In this document: piece after piece, positions 1 to 8,588 of the stretch
Layout of the letters: the number at the start of each line of letters is the position of its first letter
How positions within the stretch are numbered: position 1 is the first letter of the stretch
Assembly: GCF_041567615.1 (NCBI RefSeq)
Contig: NZ_JBFGBM010000001.1
Location: 1 to 51,087 of the forward strand
Reading direction: 5' to 3'
DNA: 51,087 bases
Source: Muriicola sp.
GTDB lineage: Bacteria > Bacteroidota > Bacteroidia > Flavobacteriales > Flavobacteriaceae
Position numbers and translations under genes: made by a program
The notes under the pieces: model-generated
Databases searched by the model: none
The model's input: only the letters and a program-made list of their open reading frames with translations
Told to the model about the DNA's origin: nothing

Positions 1-2094
1 CTTCAGCAAAACCTCCGCGCCGGTGACAGCATCAAGGTTGGGAATATATCCCTGCCCATAGAGGGTGCCCTCAAGAGTGTTCCCGGGAGATCTGCCCTCA
101 GTAGCAGCGTGGCCCCGGCCGTATTTATCCCTTACGATAAGATCACCCAGACAGGATTGCTTCAGCGCGGCAGCCGCGTCGAATACAAATACTACTTTGT
201 AGCCGGAGAGGGGCAAGACCTGGAAGCGCTGTATGACGCGATCGATTACCGGCTCGATGCCGAAGGGGCCGATCTCGATACGCACCTCGACGAAAGCAGG
301 AGGCTGGGCAGGAGGTACAACAACTTCGGCAAGTTCCTCAACATCGTTGCCTTTATAGCCCTGCTGCTGGGATGCGTCGGAATCGCCAGTGCGGTACATG
401 TGTACATTCAGGGGAAGTTAAGGTCCATAGCCGTGCTGAAATGCCTGGGGGCTTCCCGCCGGCAGACGTTTAAGATCTTTCTCATTCAGGTTGCCGGACT
501 GGGAGCTGTAGGCGGACTTGCGGGAACACTTTTGGGGGTTGGTCTTCAAATGGCTGCTCCGGTTTTATTGGAGGAGTACCTGCCCGTGGAGGTCGATGTC
601 TCCCTGTCCTTACCTGCCATAGTCCTGGGGTTGATCCTGGGGGTTTTCATGAGCATAGCGTTTGCTTTAATCCCCCTTTTGCGAACCTGGTATGTATCGC
701 CTCTGTCCGTGCTCAGGGTACAGTCGGAAGATGAACCCAAAACGGGGAAGGCACAGCTGGCTGTCATGGGGCTGATCTTCTTCTTTCTGGTATTGCTGGC
801 CCGGCTTATCCTGGGAAGCTGGCAGTATTCATTCTTTTTTATACTCGGTCTGGGAGTTTCATTTACGCTGCTCTACGGCGTAGCGAGGATACTGATGTGG
901 ACTGTAAGGCGCTATTTTCCGGAGAAACTCGGCTTTGCCATCAGGCAAAGCATGCTGAATCTGTTCAGGCCTCAGAACCAAACCTCTGTCTTGCTGTTAT
1001 CGGTAGGAGTAGGGGCCTTCCTGATCAGCACCCTGTTTTTTAGCCGGGATATCCTGTTGAGCAAGGTTGCCCTCGGCAATGACGCGAACAGTCCGAATAT
1101 CATCTTACTCGATGTTCAGACCGATCAGGTCACCGCCGTGGAAAATACCATACGAGAAAACAAGGTCCCTGTCCTGAGTAACGTACCCATCGTTACCATG
1201 AGGGTGGATGAGATCAACGGACGGTCTGTCAATGCGATCCGGAACGATACCACTTCCAACATAGGCCGGTGGGTCCTGAACCACGAATTCCGGGTCACAT
1301 ACCGGGACAGTCTTATCCCCAGTGAAACGATCATTTCAGGGAAGTGGATCGGGAATTCGGGAGAACAGGAAATCATACCGATCTCCGTAGCTGAAAATTT
1401 TGCATCCGATGCCAGGGTAGAAGTAGGGGACAAGGTTACCTTCAACGTACAGGGAGTACGCATACCCACGGAGATCGCCAGTATCAGGGAGGTTGACTGG
1501 GGAAGGATACAGTTGAACTTTTCGGTCCTCTTCCCGAAAGGGGTCCTGGAAGATGCCCCTAAGTTCCACGTGGTGTCTACCCGGACAGGAGGGGATCAGA
1601 GCTCGGCCATCCTGCAGAGACAACTCGTGAGTCAATATCCCAATGTATCCATAATCGACCTGAGGCAGATCCTCAGCCTGCTTGAAGGGATACTGGAGAA
1701 AATAGGCCTTGTGATCAGGTTCATGGCCCTGCTGAGTATACTTACGGGCATCATTGTACTGATCGGCGCAGTAAGGACGAGCAAATACCAGCGAATACGG
1801 GAAAGTGTCCTTTTGCGGACCCTGGGAGCGAAGAATTCCCAACTGCTGCGGATCTCTTTTTACGAATACGCCTTCCTGGGGATACTGGGCAGCCTTACGG
1901 GTATATTGCTTTCGTTGGTGGGGAGTTTTCTGCTGGCCAGGTTTGTATTTGAGGAGCCTTTCACCCCCTCTGTCGAACCCTTTTTGATTCTATTGCCCTT
2001 ACTTACCCTGCTGGTCATCGCTATTGGCATGCTCAACAGCCGCTCGGTACTGAACAGTCCACCCCTGCAAATTTTGAGGTCGGAAAGCAGGTAG
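1..2094 (+). CDS. ABC transporter permease, FtsX/YbbP-like (5'-partial)
   Basis: Frame is open from base 1 (LQQNLRAGDSIKVG...), so the gene starts before the window. It has two FtsX-type TM blocks with IAVLKCLGAS and ESVLLRTLGA motifs. Confidence 0.85.
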   Translation, partial: LQQNLRAGDSIKVGNISLPIEGALKSVPGRSALSSSVAPAVFIPYDKITQTGLLQRGSRVEYKYYFVAGEGQDLEALYDAIDYRLDAEGADLDTHLDESRRLGRRYNNFGKFLNIVAFIALLLGCVGIASAVHVYIQGKLRSIAVLKCLGASRRQTFKIFLIQVAGLGAVGGLAGTLLGVGLQMAAPVLLEEYLPVEVDVSLSLPAIVLGLILGVFMSIAFALIPLLRTWYVSPLSVLRVQSEDEPKTGKAQLAVMGLIFFFLVLLARLILGSWQYSFFFILGLGVSFTLLYGVARILMWTVRRYFPEKLGFAIRQSMLNLFRPQNQTSVLLLSVGVGAFLISTLFFSRDILLSKVALGNDANSPNIILLDVQTDQVTAVENTIRENKVPVLSNVPIVTMRVDEINGRSVNAIRNDTTSNIGRWVLNHEFRVTYRDSLIPSETIISGKWIGNSGEQEIIPISVAENFASDARVEVGDKVTFNVQGVRIPTEIASIREVDWGRIQLNFSVLFPKGVLEDAPKFHVVSTRTGGDQSSAILQRQLVSQYPNVSIIDLRQILSLLEGILEKIGLVIRFMALLSILTGIIVLIGAVRTSKYQRIRESVLLRTLGAKNSQLLRISFYEYAFLGILGSLTGILLSLVGSFLLARFVFEEPFTPSVEPFLILLPLLTLLVIAIGMLNSRSVLNSPPLQILRSESR

Positions 2095-2108
2095 AATACA
2101 CGTTTAGA

Positions 2109-3221
2109 TCAGGCCATCACCTTCCTGAGGGCCGTGGCAAATTCCTTTACTTCATCCATGGTCCCTGTGCTGATCCTGGCCCACTCATACATGGGAGGGA
2201 AGGGCCTGCCGATGAGTACATTCTCCTTCTGCATCTCTGATATGACATCACGGATCTGTCGCCCGGTCTTAAAGAATACGAAATTGGTATGGGAGGGGAT
2301 GTACCGCAGGTCTAGATCATCCAGGGTCTTATAGATATATTGCTTGGCCTCGGCGTTCATCTGCAGGCTGAATTTGTAGAAGTCATCGTCCTTCAGGGCC
2401 TCCCTGGCAGCTTCGATGGCGAGGACATTGGTATTTGCCATGACGGCATTTTTCAACCTGTCTGCGATGTCGGGTCTGGCGATCAGGTATCCGATTCGCA
2501 TCCCGGCAAGGCCATAGACTTTGGAAAAGGTCTTGGAGACGATAACATTCCTGCCTTCCTTCACCAGCTCCACCATGGAGGGGTAATCGGGTTCCATGAT
2601 AAAATCGTAATAGGCCTCATCGCTGAAGATGACGGCCTTATCCTCGTGAGAGAGGCAAAAATCCTTTAGATTGTCCCTGTTTAAAAGGGTGCCAGTGGGA
2701 TTGTTAGGGTTGCAGAGAAAGACCAGGCGGGTCTTGCTGGTGACCCTTCGGGCCATGGCCTCCAGGTCGTGCTCCATCCTTTCATTGAGGGGAACCCGGT
2801 GCACATAGGCCCCAAAGTTCTCGGCATAGGTGAGGAGCGACTGGAAGGTGGGATCAGCGGCTATGACCTCTCCTCCTTCTAATCCGTAAACAAGTCCGGT
2901 CGCTTTCAGGCCTTCCGTAGAACCACCGGTAACGACCACACAATCCCTGGAGACCCCTTCTTTTTCTGCGATCTCAGTGACCAGTTGGGTGAGGTATTGG
3001 AAAGGATAGCGGCAGGCGATATCAAAGCTGTTGCTGATCACAGACCTCACTCTTTTGGAAGGGCCAAAAGGGTTTTCATTGGAGCTAAGCCTGACCGGCC
3101 CGGCCAGGGAGGTTTTAGCTTCGGTTTGCTCCCAGGCGACCGCCGGCAAGCCACCCATAAGGGTCAATCCTGAGGTTAGACCTATCGTCTTTAACCATCG
3201 TCTTCTGTCGAGATTGTTCAT
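2109..3221 (-). CDS. PLP-dependent class I/II aminotransferase, HisC-like, with twin-arginine signal peptide
   Basis: Motifs LSSNENPFGP, CNPNNPTG, DEAY and KTFSKVYGLAGMRIG (PLP Lys). N-terminus DRRRWLK + hydrophobic stretch + AVA cleavage site. Confidence 0.85.
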   Translation of the reverse strand: MNNLDRRRWLKTIGLTSGLTLMGGLPAVAWEQTEAKTSLAGPVRLSSNENPFGPSKRVRSVISNSFDIACRYPFQYLTQLVTEIAEKEGVSRDCVVVTGGSTEGLKATGLVYGLEGGEVIAADPTFQSLLTYAENFGAYVHRVPLNERMEHDLEAMARRVTSKTRLVFLCNPNNPTGTLLNRDNLKDFCLSHEDKAVIFSDEAYYDFIMEPDYPSMVELVKEGRNVIVSKTFSKVYGLAGMRIGYLIARPDIADRLKNAVMANTNVLAIEAAREALKDDDFYKFSLQMNAEAKQYIYKTLDDLDLRYIPSHTNFVFFKTGRQIRDVISEMQKENVLIGRPFPPMYEWARISTGTMDEVKEFATALRKVMA

Positions 3222-3371
3222 GTCCTGAAAATTTGTAGCAGAAGATACAAATTTTCGGCATAGAGAACCTCGCCATTAGCCCGGTCAACACAAAAATATC
3301 GAAGCAGGATACTGCGGATAATAGTCGATATCCCTGATCCGGGACAGACCGATTAAGAAAAGAGAGAATTT

Positions 3372-3671
3372 CTAGTAGAGGGTATTGGAAAGAAGAATGG
3401 CTACGATCAGCAGGACCATGGCCGAATTTACTACAAAGGCGATGATCTTCTTCTCGTCTATGGGTTCGTTCCTGCCCTGATAAAGAATGATCACCCCGGC
3501 AATACCCAGGAATCCGGAGAGGATCACAGGAAGGCCAAATAGGAATCTCGAGATTACGGGATTGGTATTGATTATGACCGCGAGGGCGGCAATGGTAAGC
3601 AAAAAAAGAATGATCTTGCTTAAGGTATAGGATCTCAGGGTGTATTTGCTTTCTTGCTGCATACTTCTCAT
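3372..3671 (-). CDS. Small hypothetical membrane protein (about 3 TM helices; start may be 3662)
   Basis: 99-aa ORF with three hydrophobic segments, 21 bp downstream of the co-oriented 3693..4136 ORF. Confidence 0.65.
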   Translation of the reverse strand: MRSMQQESKYTLRSYTLSKIILFLLTIAALAVIINTNPVISRFLFGLPVILSGFLGIAGVIILYQGRNEPIDEKKIIAFVVNSAMVLLIVAILLSNTLY

Positions 3672-3692
3672 TTTCTGTTCGCCCCGTTTACT

Positions 3693-4136
3693 TTATATGA
3701 CCTTGATGTTCACCTTCAGGCCTTCGATGATACCCAGAATACTCTGCACCGTTTCCCGGAGGTAGTGCTTGATCACTACGTGAGGGATCCTGACCGTGGT
3801 AAACCCGTTCTTGAAGGAATGCATGGTCTCCTCCAGATTGTTCATGGCCTGTTCATGGGTGAGCATCTGGTATTCTGTATCGATCTCGATATTTAATTTA
3901 ACCCTGGAAATGGCTATGTCGACTGATTTCTTTCCATCCCACCATTCGAGCATAGGGTAAACGCCGGCCTCTTTCAGGGCGTAGTACAGTTTTATGGCAG
4001 CACGAGGGGTATTGTTTGATTTGATAAGGCGGTCGATCCGGGTCTTGTGCTTGGCACAAAGTTCTACGCCATAGACTTCCATTGAATTTTTGTGATCGAG
4101 GTAGCCGAGTTCTTTATTGCATTCTAAGCAGGTCAT
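3693..4136 (-). CDS. Hypothetical protein: N-terminal CxxC...CxxH zinc-finger-like region plus DUF559/Vsr-like nuclease-fold domain
   Basis: MTCLEC...LCAKH; TP...KLYYALK...VDIAI...LNIEID...GFTTVRI follows the DUF559 pattern. Confidence 0.6.
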   Translation of the reverse strand: MTCLECNKELGYLDHKNSMEVYGVELCAKHKTRIDRLIKSNNTPRAAIKLYYALKEAGVYPMLEWWDGKKSVDIAISRVKLNIEIDTEYQMLTHEQAMNNLEETMHSFKNGFTTVRIPHVVIKHYLRETVQSILGIIEGLKVNIKVI

Positions 4137-4146
4137 ACAAGCAGGT

Positions 4147-4154
4147 CAAAATTA
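4147..4154 (-). promoter_or_regulatory. Bacteroidota sigma70 -7 element (TAATTTTG) for 3693..4136
   Basis: Plus strand CAAAATTA = TAnnTTTG on the minus strand, 10 bp upstream of the ATG. Confidence 0.5.
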
Positions 4155-4180
4155 GATTTGGGTTTATTATAACCGGGAGA

Positions 4181-4255
4181 TTGATGAATTATTTTGCAGT
4201 ATCGATGAACGACATCCTGTTTTTAGACGAAATGCAAATTTTTAGACGAACGACA
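4181..4255. repeat. Four phased GAYGAA direct repeats, candidate transcription-factor (LytTR-like) binding array
   Basis: GAYGAA starts at 4183, 4204, 4226 and 4245. Exact TTTTTAGACGAA at 4220-4231 and 4239-4250. GAACGACA at 4207 and 4248. Confidence 0.55.
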
Positions 4256-4354
4256 CTCTTTTTGACATTGGATCTTCAAAATCCTCAGTCTCTTCTGGCA
4301 AGAAATTGGTGAAAGTTTCAACTTTGATGTACATTCCCGGGCAAAAGGATTTTC

Positions 4355-5548
4355 GTGTTTAAGAAAATAGGCCCTGGATTTCTGATCGCTGCAGCCTTTA
4401 TCGGCCCGGGAACGGTCACTACCTGTACCCTGGCAGGCGTAGGTTTTGGATTTGCCCTTTTGTGGGCATTGCTGCTCTCAGTAATAACCACCGTAGTCTT
4501 TCAGGAAATGGCAGCCCGCATCGGCATTCTCACAAAGCAAGGTCTTGCTGCGAGTATCCGGTCTCAGCTTCAAAAACCATGGGCCCGGAATTCCGTAACT
4601 GTAATCATCCTCAGTGCTGTTGTTATAGGGAACGCAGCCTATGAGGCGGGAAATATAGGAGGCGCTGTACTGGGACTCGAGGCGTTTACCGGTTCCCAAC
4701 CTTCACCCTGGTTTTCATGGTTCATCGGTGCGGGAGTTTTTGTGCTCTTATTTGCAGGTTCGTACAAAACCCTGGAGAAGGTGTTTATAACTCTTGTGAT
4801 ATTGATGAGTATTTCATTTATCCTTGCTGCTTTCCTGACCCGTCCGGAAGTTGGAAAAGTATTGGCGGGACTTTTTATCCCCTCTTTGCCCGAGGGAGGT
4901 CTTTTTACTGTCGTTGCCCTGATCGGGACCACAGTGGTTCCCTATAACCTCTTTCTGCATGCCTCACTTGTGAGTGAAAAATGGGAATCCGTTAAAGACC
5001 TGAAAGCGATTCGCTGGGACACTGTACTCTCCATAGGCCTGGGCGGACTCATCTCCATGGCCATTGTGGTGTCTGCCAGTGCAAGCGGACTCACGGAGGT
5101 CAGCAGCGGGCTCGATCTCGCCAGGGGATTGGAACCCCTTTATGGAAAAGCTGCCACGTATTTTTTGGGAATAGGTTTGTTTGCTGCCGGGATCACTTCG
5201 GCCATCACAGCTCCGCTCGCCGCTGCTTACGTGGCTGCCAGTTGTTTTAACTGGAAGGAAGGTTTGTCGGGAAGGAGATTTCGCATGGTGTGGGGGCTGA
5301 TCCTTCTTGTGGGGGTATTATCCCAGTTCCTGAACATACGGCCTATTGAGATCATACAGTTTGCACAGGTGGCCAATGGGCTATTGCTACCTGTGATTTG
5401 TGTCTTCCTCCTGTGGATCGTCAATCAGTCCGCCCTCATGGGAAGGTACAGAAATAAAACGTGGCAAAATATAGCAGGAGGCTTGTTGTTGTTGCTCATC
5501 GTCTTTCTTGGCCTAAAAAGTATCCTTTCCGTTATTTTCGCATTATGA
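4355..5548 (+). CDS. Nramp-superfamily transporter (YcsG-like), probable 5-oxoproline uptake
   Basis: IGPG...AAAFIGPGTVTT, QEMAARIG and IGTTVVPYNLFLH motifs; many TM helices; overlaps the pxpA start. Confidence 0.8.
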   Translation: MFKKIGPGFLIAAAFIGPGTVTTCTLAGVGFGFALLWALLLSVITTVVFQEMAARIGILTKQGLAASIRSQLQKPWARNSVTVIILSAVVIGNAAYEAGNIGGAVLGLEAFTGSQPSPWFSWFIGAGVFVLLFAGSYKTLEKVFITLVILMSISFILAAFLTRPEVGKVLAGLFIPSLPEGGLFTVVALIGTTVVPYNLFLHASLVSEKWESVKDLKAIRWDTVLSIGLGGLISMAIVVSASASGLTEVSSGLDLARGLEPLYGKAATYFLGIGLFAAGITSAITAPLAAAYVAASCFNWKEGLSGRRFRMVWGLILLVGVLSQFLNIRPIEIIQFAQVANGLLLPVICVFLLWIVNQSALMGRYRNKTWQNIAGGLLLLLIVFLGLKSILSVIFAL

Positions 5549-6288
5549 ACCGGTGGGAGATCGATATCAATTGCGACGTGGGTGAAGGCGTGGGAAATGA
5601 AGCCCGCCTGTTTCCTTATATATCTTCCTGCAATCTGGCTTGTGGAGGGCATGCAGGCGATGTGGCAACCATGAGGGAGGTGATCTCCCTGGCCAAAAAG
5701 CACCGCGTCAGGGTAGGTGCCCATCCTTCTTATCCCGACAGAGAAAACTTTGGCAGGAAAAGCATGCAGATGGAAACCGAAATTTTCAGGGATTCGATTG
5801 AGTCCCAGGTAAAGGGGCTAGAGGACATTCTCAGGGAAGAAGGAGTTGAAATGTCACACATAAAAGCCCACGGTGCCCTGTATAATGACCTGGCAAAAAA
5901 CAGTGAGTTGTCAGAACAGTACCTCGAGGCAATATCTGAGTGTAGAAATGGTATTCCGCTTTACGTACCGTACGGTTCGGCAATTTCGATCGCAGCTCAA
6001 CACTCGGGATTTGAGTGTGTCTACGAAGCCTTTGGAGACAGGAATTACGAAGATGATCTCACCCTTGTTTCAAGGGAATCCCCCCAGGCCCTGATTACGG
6101 AGCCCGAAGCGGTACTCCGGCATCTGCTGACAATGATCGTAAACTCTGAAGTTAAGACCGTCAGAGGCCACTTCAGGCACATTGAGGCGCAAACGTATTG
6201 TATTCATGGGGATACTGCTACAGCATATGAAATATTAGCGTATCTTTCGGTCGAATTTCCAAAGCATCATATTCATTTAAGGAAATGA
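5545..6288 (+). CDS. pxpA: 5-oxoprolinase subunit A (LamB/YcsF)
   Basis: IDINCDVGEG, NLACGGHAGD, GAHPSYPDRENFGR, HIKAHGALYN and CIHGD motifs. Start moved to the ATG at 5545, which overlaps the upstream TGA. Confidence 0.92.
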   Translation: MNRWEIDINCDVGEGVGNEARLFPYISSCNLACGGHAGDVATMREVISLAKKHRVRVGAHPSYPDRENFGRKSMQMETEIFRDSIESQVKGLEDILREEGVEMSHIKAHGALYNDLAKNSELSEQYLEAISECRNGIPLYVPYGSAISIAAQHSGFECVYEAFGDRNYEDDLTLVSRESPQALITEPEAVLRHLLTMIVNSEVKTVRGHFRHIEAQTYCIHGDTATAYEILAYLSVEFPKHHIHLRK

Positions 6289-7013
6289 ATACGTACCCCA
6301 TCTATATCAAGCCCTTTGGCAAGTCTGCCGTACTCGTAGAATGGCCTTTTGAAATCGATTCGAATATCCTGGATGACATCCTGATCTTCAAAGACTTTAT
6401 AAAGCTTCAGGGTTATGGCGAACCTGAATGGGAGATCATCCCGGCCTATAATTCCCTGACCCTGGTCAACAACAGAAAGGAATTGAAGTTCGAAGAAATA
6501 TCTGCCGCCCTCCAGAAGTTGTACAAAGAGCGAAAAGAGGGGGCAAAAAAAGAGCCGAGACACTGGAAATTGCCTGTTTGCTACGACCTGGAATTCGGGA
6601 TCGACCTGGAAGAACTCAGTCAGCAACTGGGCAAATCCATCGAGCAAATCATTACCCTTCATACTGCAGCTACCTATACGGTCTATGGGATAGGCTTCTT
6701 ACCGGGATTTCTCTATCTGGGGGGTGTTCCCAAGGATCTGGAAACCCCTAGAAAAGCTTCTCCCAGGCTGCATGTGCGGAAAGGTTCCGTGGGTCTGGCG
6801 AGAAAACAAACGGGTGTATATCCCCAGGATTGTCCCGGTGGCTGGAACATCATAGGAAATTGTCCGATCCCGATCTTCGATGCACAAAAGGAGAATCCGT
6901 GTTTTGTAAGGGTGGGGGACACCGTTACTTTTTATTCGATCACCCGTGCACAATTCGACCTTCACACCATCCAGGCTGAGGTTGGTATTGACCTGTTAAC
7001 TAAAGACAATTAA
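6285..7013 (+). CDS. pxpB: 5-oxoprolinase subunit B
   Basis: IIPAYNSL, LPVCY, GFLPGFLYLG and QTGVYP..PGGWNIIG motifs; ATGA overlap with pxpA. Confidence 0.92.
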   Translation: MNTYPIYIKPFGKSAVLVEWPFEIDSNILDDILIFKDFIKLQGYGEPEWEIIPAYNSLTLVNNRKELKFEEISAALQKLYKERKEGAKKEPRHWKLPVCYDLEFGIDLEELSQQLGKSIEQIITLHTAATYTVYGIGFLPGFLYLGGVPKDLETPRKASPRLHVRKGSVGLARKQTGVYPQDCPGGWNIIGNCPIPIFDAQKENPCFVRVGDTVTFYSITRAQFDLHTIQAEVGIDLLTKDN

Positions 7014-7015
7014 GC

Positions 7016-7858
7016 GTGCTTAAAATTGTAAAAAGCGGATTTTTTACCACGATCCAGGATAGTGGCCGATTTGGTTTTCGACATCTCGGGGTGCCTGTGT
7101 CCGGCAGTATGGACCGGGCAGCTGCCCATCTGGCCAACGCCATGCTGGAAAATCCGGATGAAGCCGCCGTCCTCGAGGTTACCATGTCGGGGCCTGTCCT
7201 CGAATTTACCAGGGATACCTGGATCGCCATTGCCGGCGCCAACCTGTCTCCCAAACTCAATGAGGTGGATATCGATAACCACGGCGTTCACAGGATACGT
7301 TCCGGGGACCGTCTCGCCTTCGGAAAACACATAGACGGACTCCGCGGGTATGTAGCCATCAAGGGTGGTTTTGATACGGGGGAAGTGTTGAAGAGCCGAT
7401 CTTTTTATAAACCGATCACAGAGAAGGACCACCTGGTAGCCGGGATGGAGTTGCATTATGAGGAGGTGTCGGAATTTGAGCCGAAGATCACCCATGTGAT
7501 CCCTGAGGAGATTGAAAGAGTACTCAAATTAAAAGCAAGCCCTGGTCCGGAATTCGATATCCTGGACAGTGAACAGCAGGAGCTCCTTTTCAGTCAGCCC
7601 TTTACCATTGCCAAGGAGAACAATAGAATGGCCTATCAACTCCAGGAAATCCTGGGGTCTCATCAACATCCCATGCTGACCTCCGCTACACTGCCCGGTA
7701 CGGTGCAATTGACACCCGGAGGAAAGCTGATCATTCTGATGCGGGATGGACAGACCACAGGCGGCTATCCTCGAATCCTGCAGCTCTCGGATGATTCCAT
7801 CAACAAACTGGCTCAAAAGACTTTTGGGGATACCGTTTATTTCAAAAAAGAAAGTTAG
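7016..7858 (+). CDS. pxpC: 5-oxoprolinase subunit C
   Basis: TTIQDSGRFG..HLGVPVSGSMD, NRMAYQL and PGTVQ...DGQTTGGYPRI motifs. Confidence 0.9.
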   Translation: MLKIVKSGFFTTIQDSGRFGFRHLGVPVSGSMDRAAAHLANAMLENPDEAAVLEVTMSGPVLEFTRDTWIAIAGANLSPKLNEVDIDNHGVHRIRSGDRLAFGKHIDGLRGYVAIKGGFDTGEVLKSRSFYKPITEKDHLVAGMELHYEEVSEFEPKITHVIPEEIERVLKLKASPGPEFDILDSEQQELLFSQPFTIAKENNRMAYQLQEILGSHQHPMLTSATLPGTVQLTPGGKLIILMRDGQTTGGYPRILQLSDDSINKLAQKTFGDTVYFKKES

Positions 7859-8583
7859 ATTTTCCGGTAGACTTTTTCGAATGGGATACGGAACCGCTGT
7901 CCGTAAATTCCTTTTTCATCCCGGATTCCGCATCCTATGGTCATGGTGATCTCCGCTCCCCAGGGCAGGCCGAGTATCCTCTTGATCCTAAGCGTATCGC
8001 TTCCCTCCATCGGACAGGTATCATATCCGATTGCGGCCATGGAAAGCATAAAATTCTGGGCTGCCAGACCGGCGCTCTTATGGGCCACGATCCTCATATC
8101 AGACCTGCGTACCTGACGGTACACGGGCCTGAACAGTCCGATAATGCTGAACAGAAAATACTGCAGCCAACCCACGATCCCCAGGAATTCCACATAGACG
8201 GCAGGTACCACCTTGGTGTAGTATCCCAGGGCAAATTTTTCCCTCCTGCTGTATTCTGAAGGTTTTTTATTACCGAGATTTTTTTTCAAAAACTCCCTGT
8301 TATCCCTGGCGCGTTGTTTCCAGAGATCCCGGCGGGCAACGATCACCACCATTTGCTCGGCCGTTTTGGCGGCATTCTGACCCAGGCAGGCATGAACCAT
8401 TTTTTTAAGGGTCTCCGGATCCGTGATATGGTAAAATTCCCATAACTGCAGATTGCTGCTCGTGGGCGCCAGTATGGCATTTTCTATACAGGAGCGGACC
8501 TTTTCCGCATCTATCTCCTTTTCAGGGTCGAAGATCCTCACAGACCTCCGATATCGTATGGCTTCGGTTACCGTTTTTTCCAT
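7855..8583 (-). CDS. Nitroreductase family protein
   Basis: RRSVRIF, LAPTSSNLQLWEF and AAQNFML...GYDTCPMEG motifs. Confidence 0.88.
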   Translation of the reverse strand: MEKTVTEAIRYRRSVRIFDPEKEIDAEKVRSCIENAILAPTSSNLQLWEFYHITDPETLKKMVHACLGQNAAKTAEQMVVIVARRDLWKQRARDNREFLKKNLGNKKPSEYSRREKFALGYYTKVVPAVYVEFLGIVGWLQYFLFSIIGLFRPVYRQVRRSDMRIVAHKSAGLAAQNFMLSMAAIGYDTCPMEGSDTLRIKRILGLPWGAEITMTIGCGIRDEKGIYGQRFRIPFEKVYRKI

Positions 8584-8588
8584 TAGGG

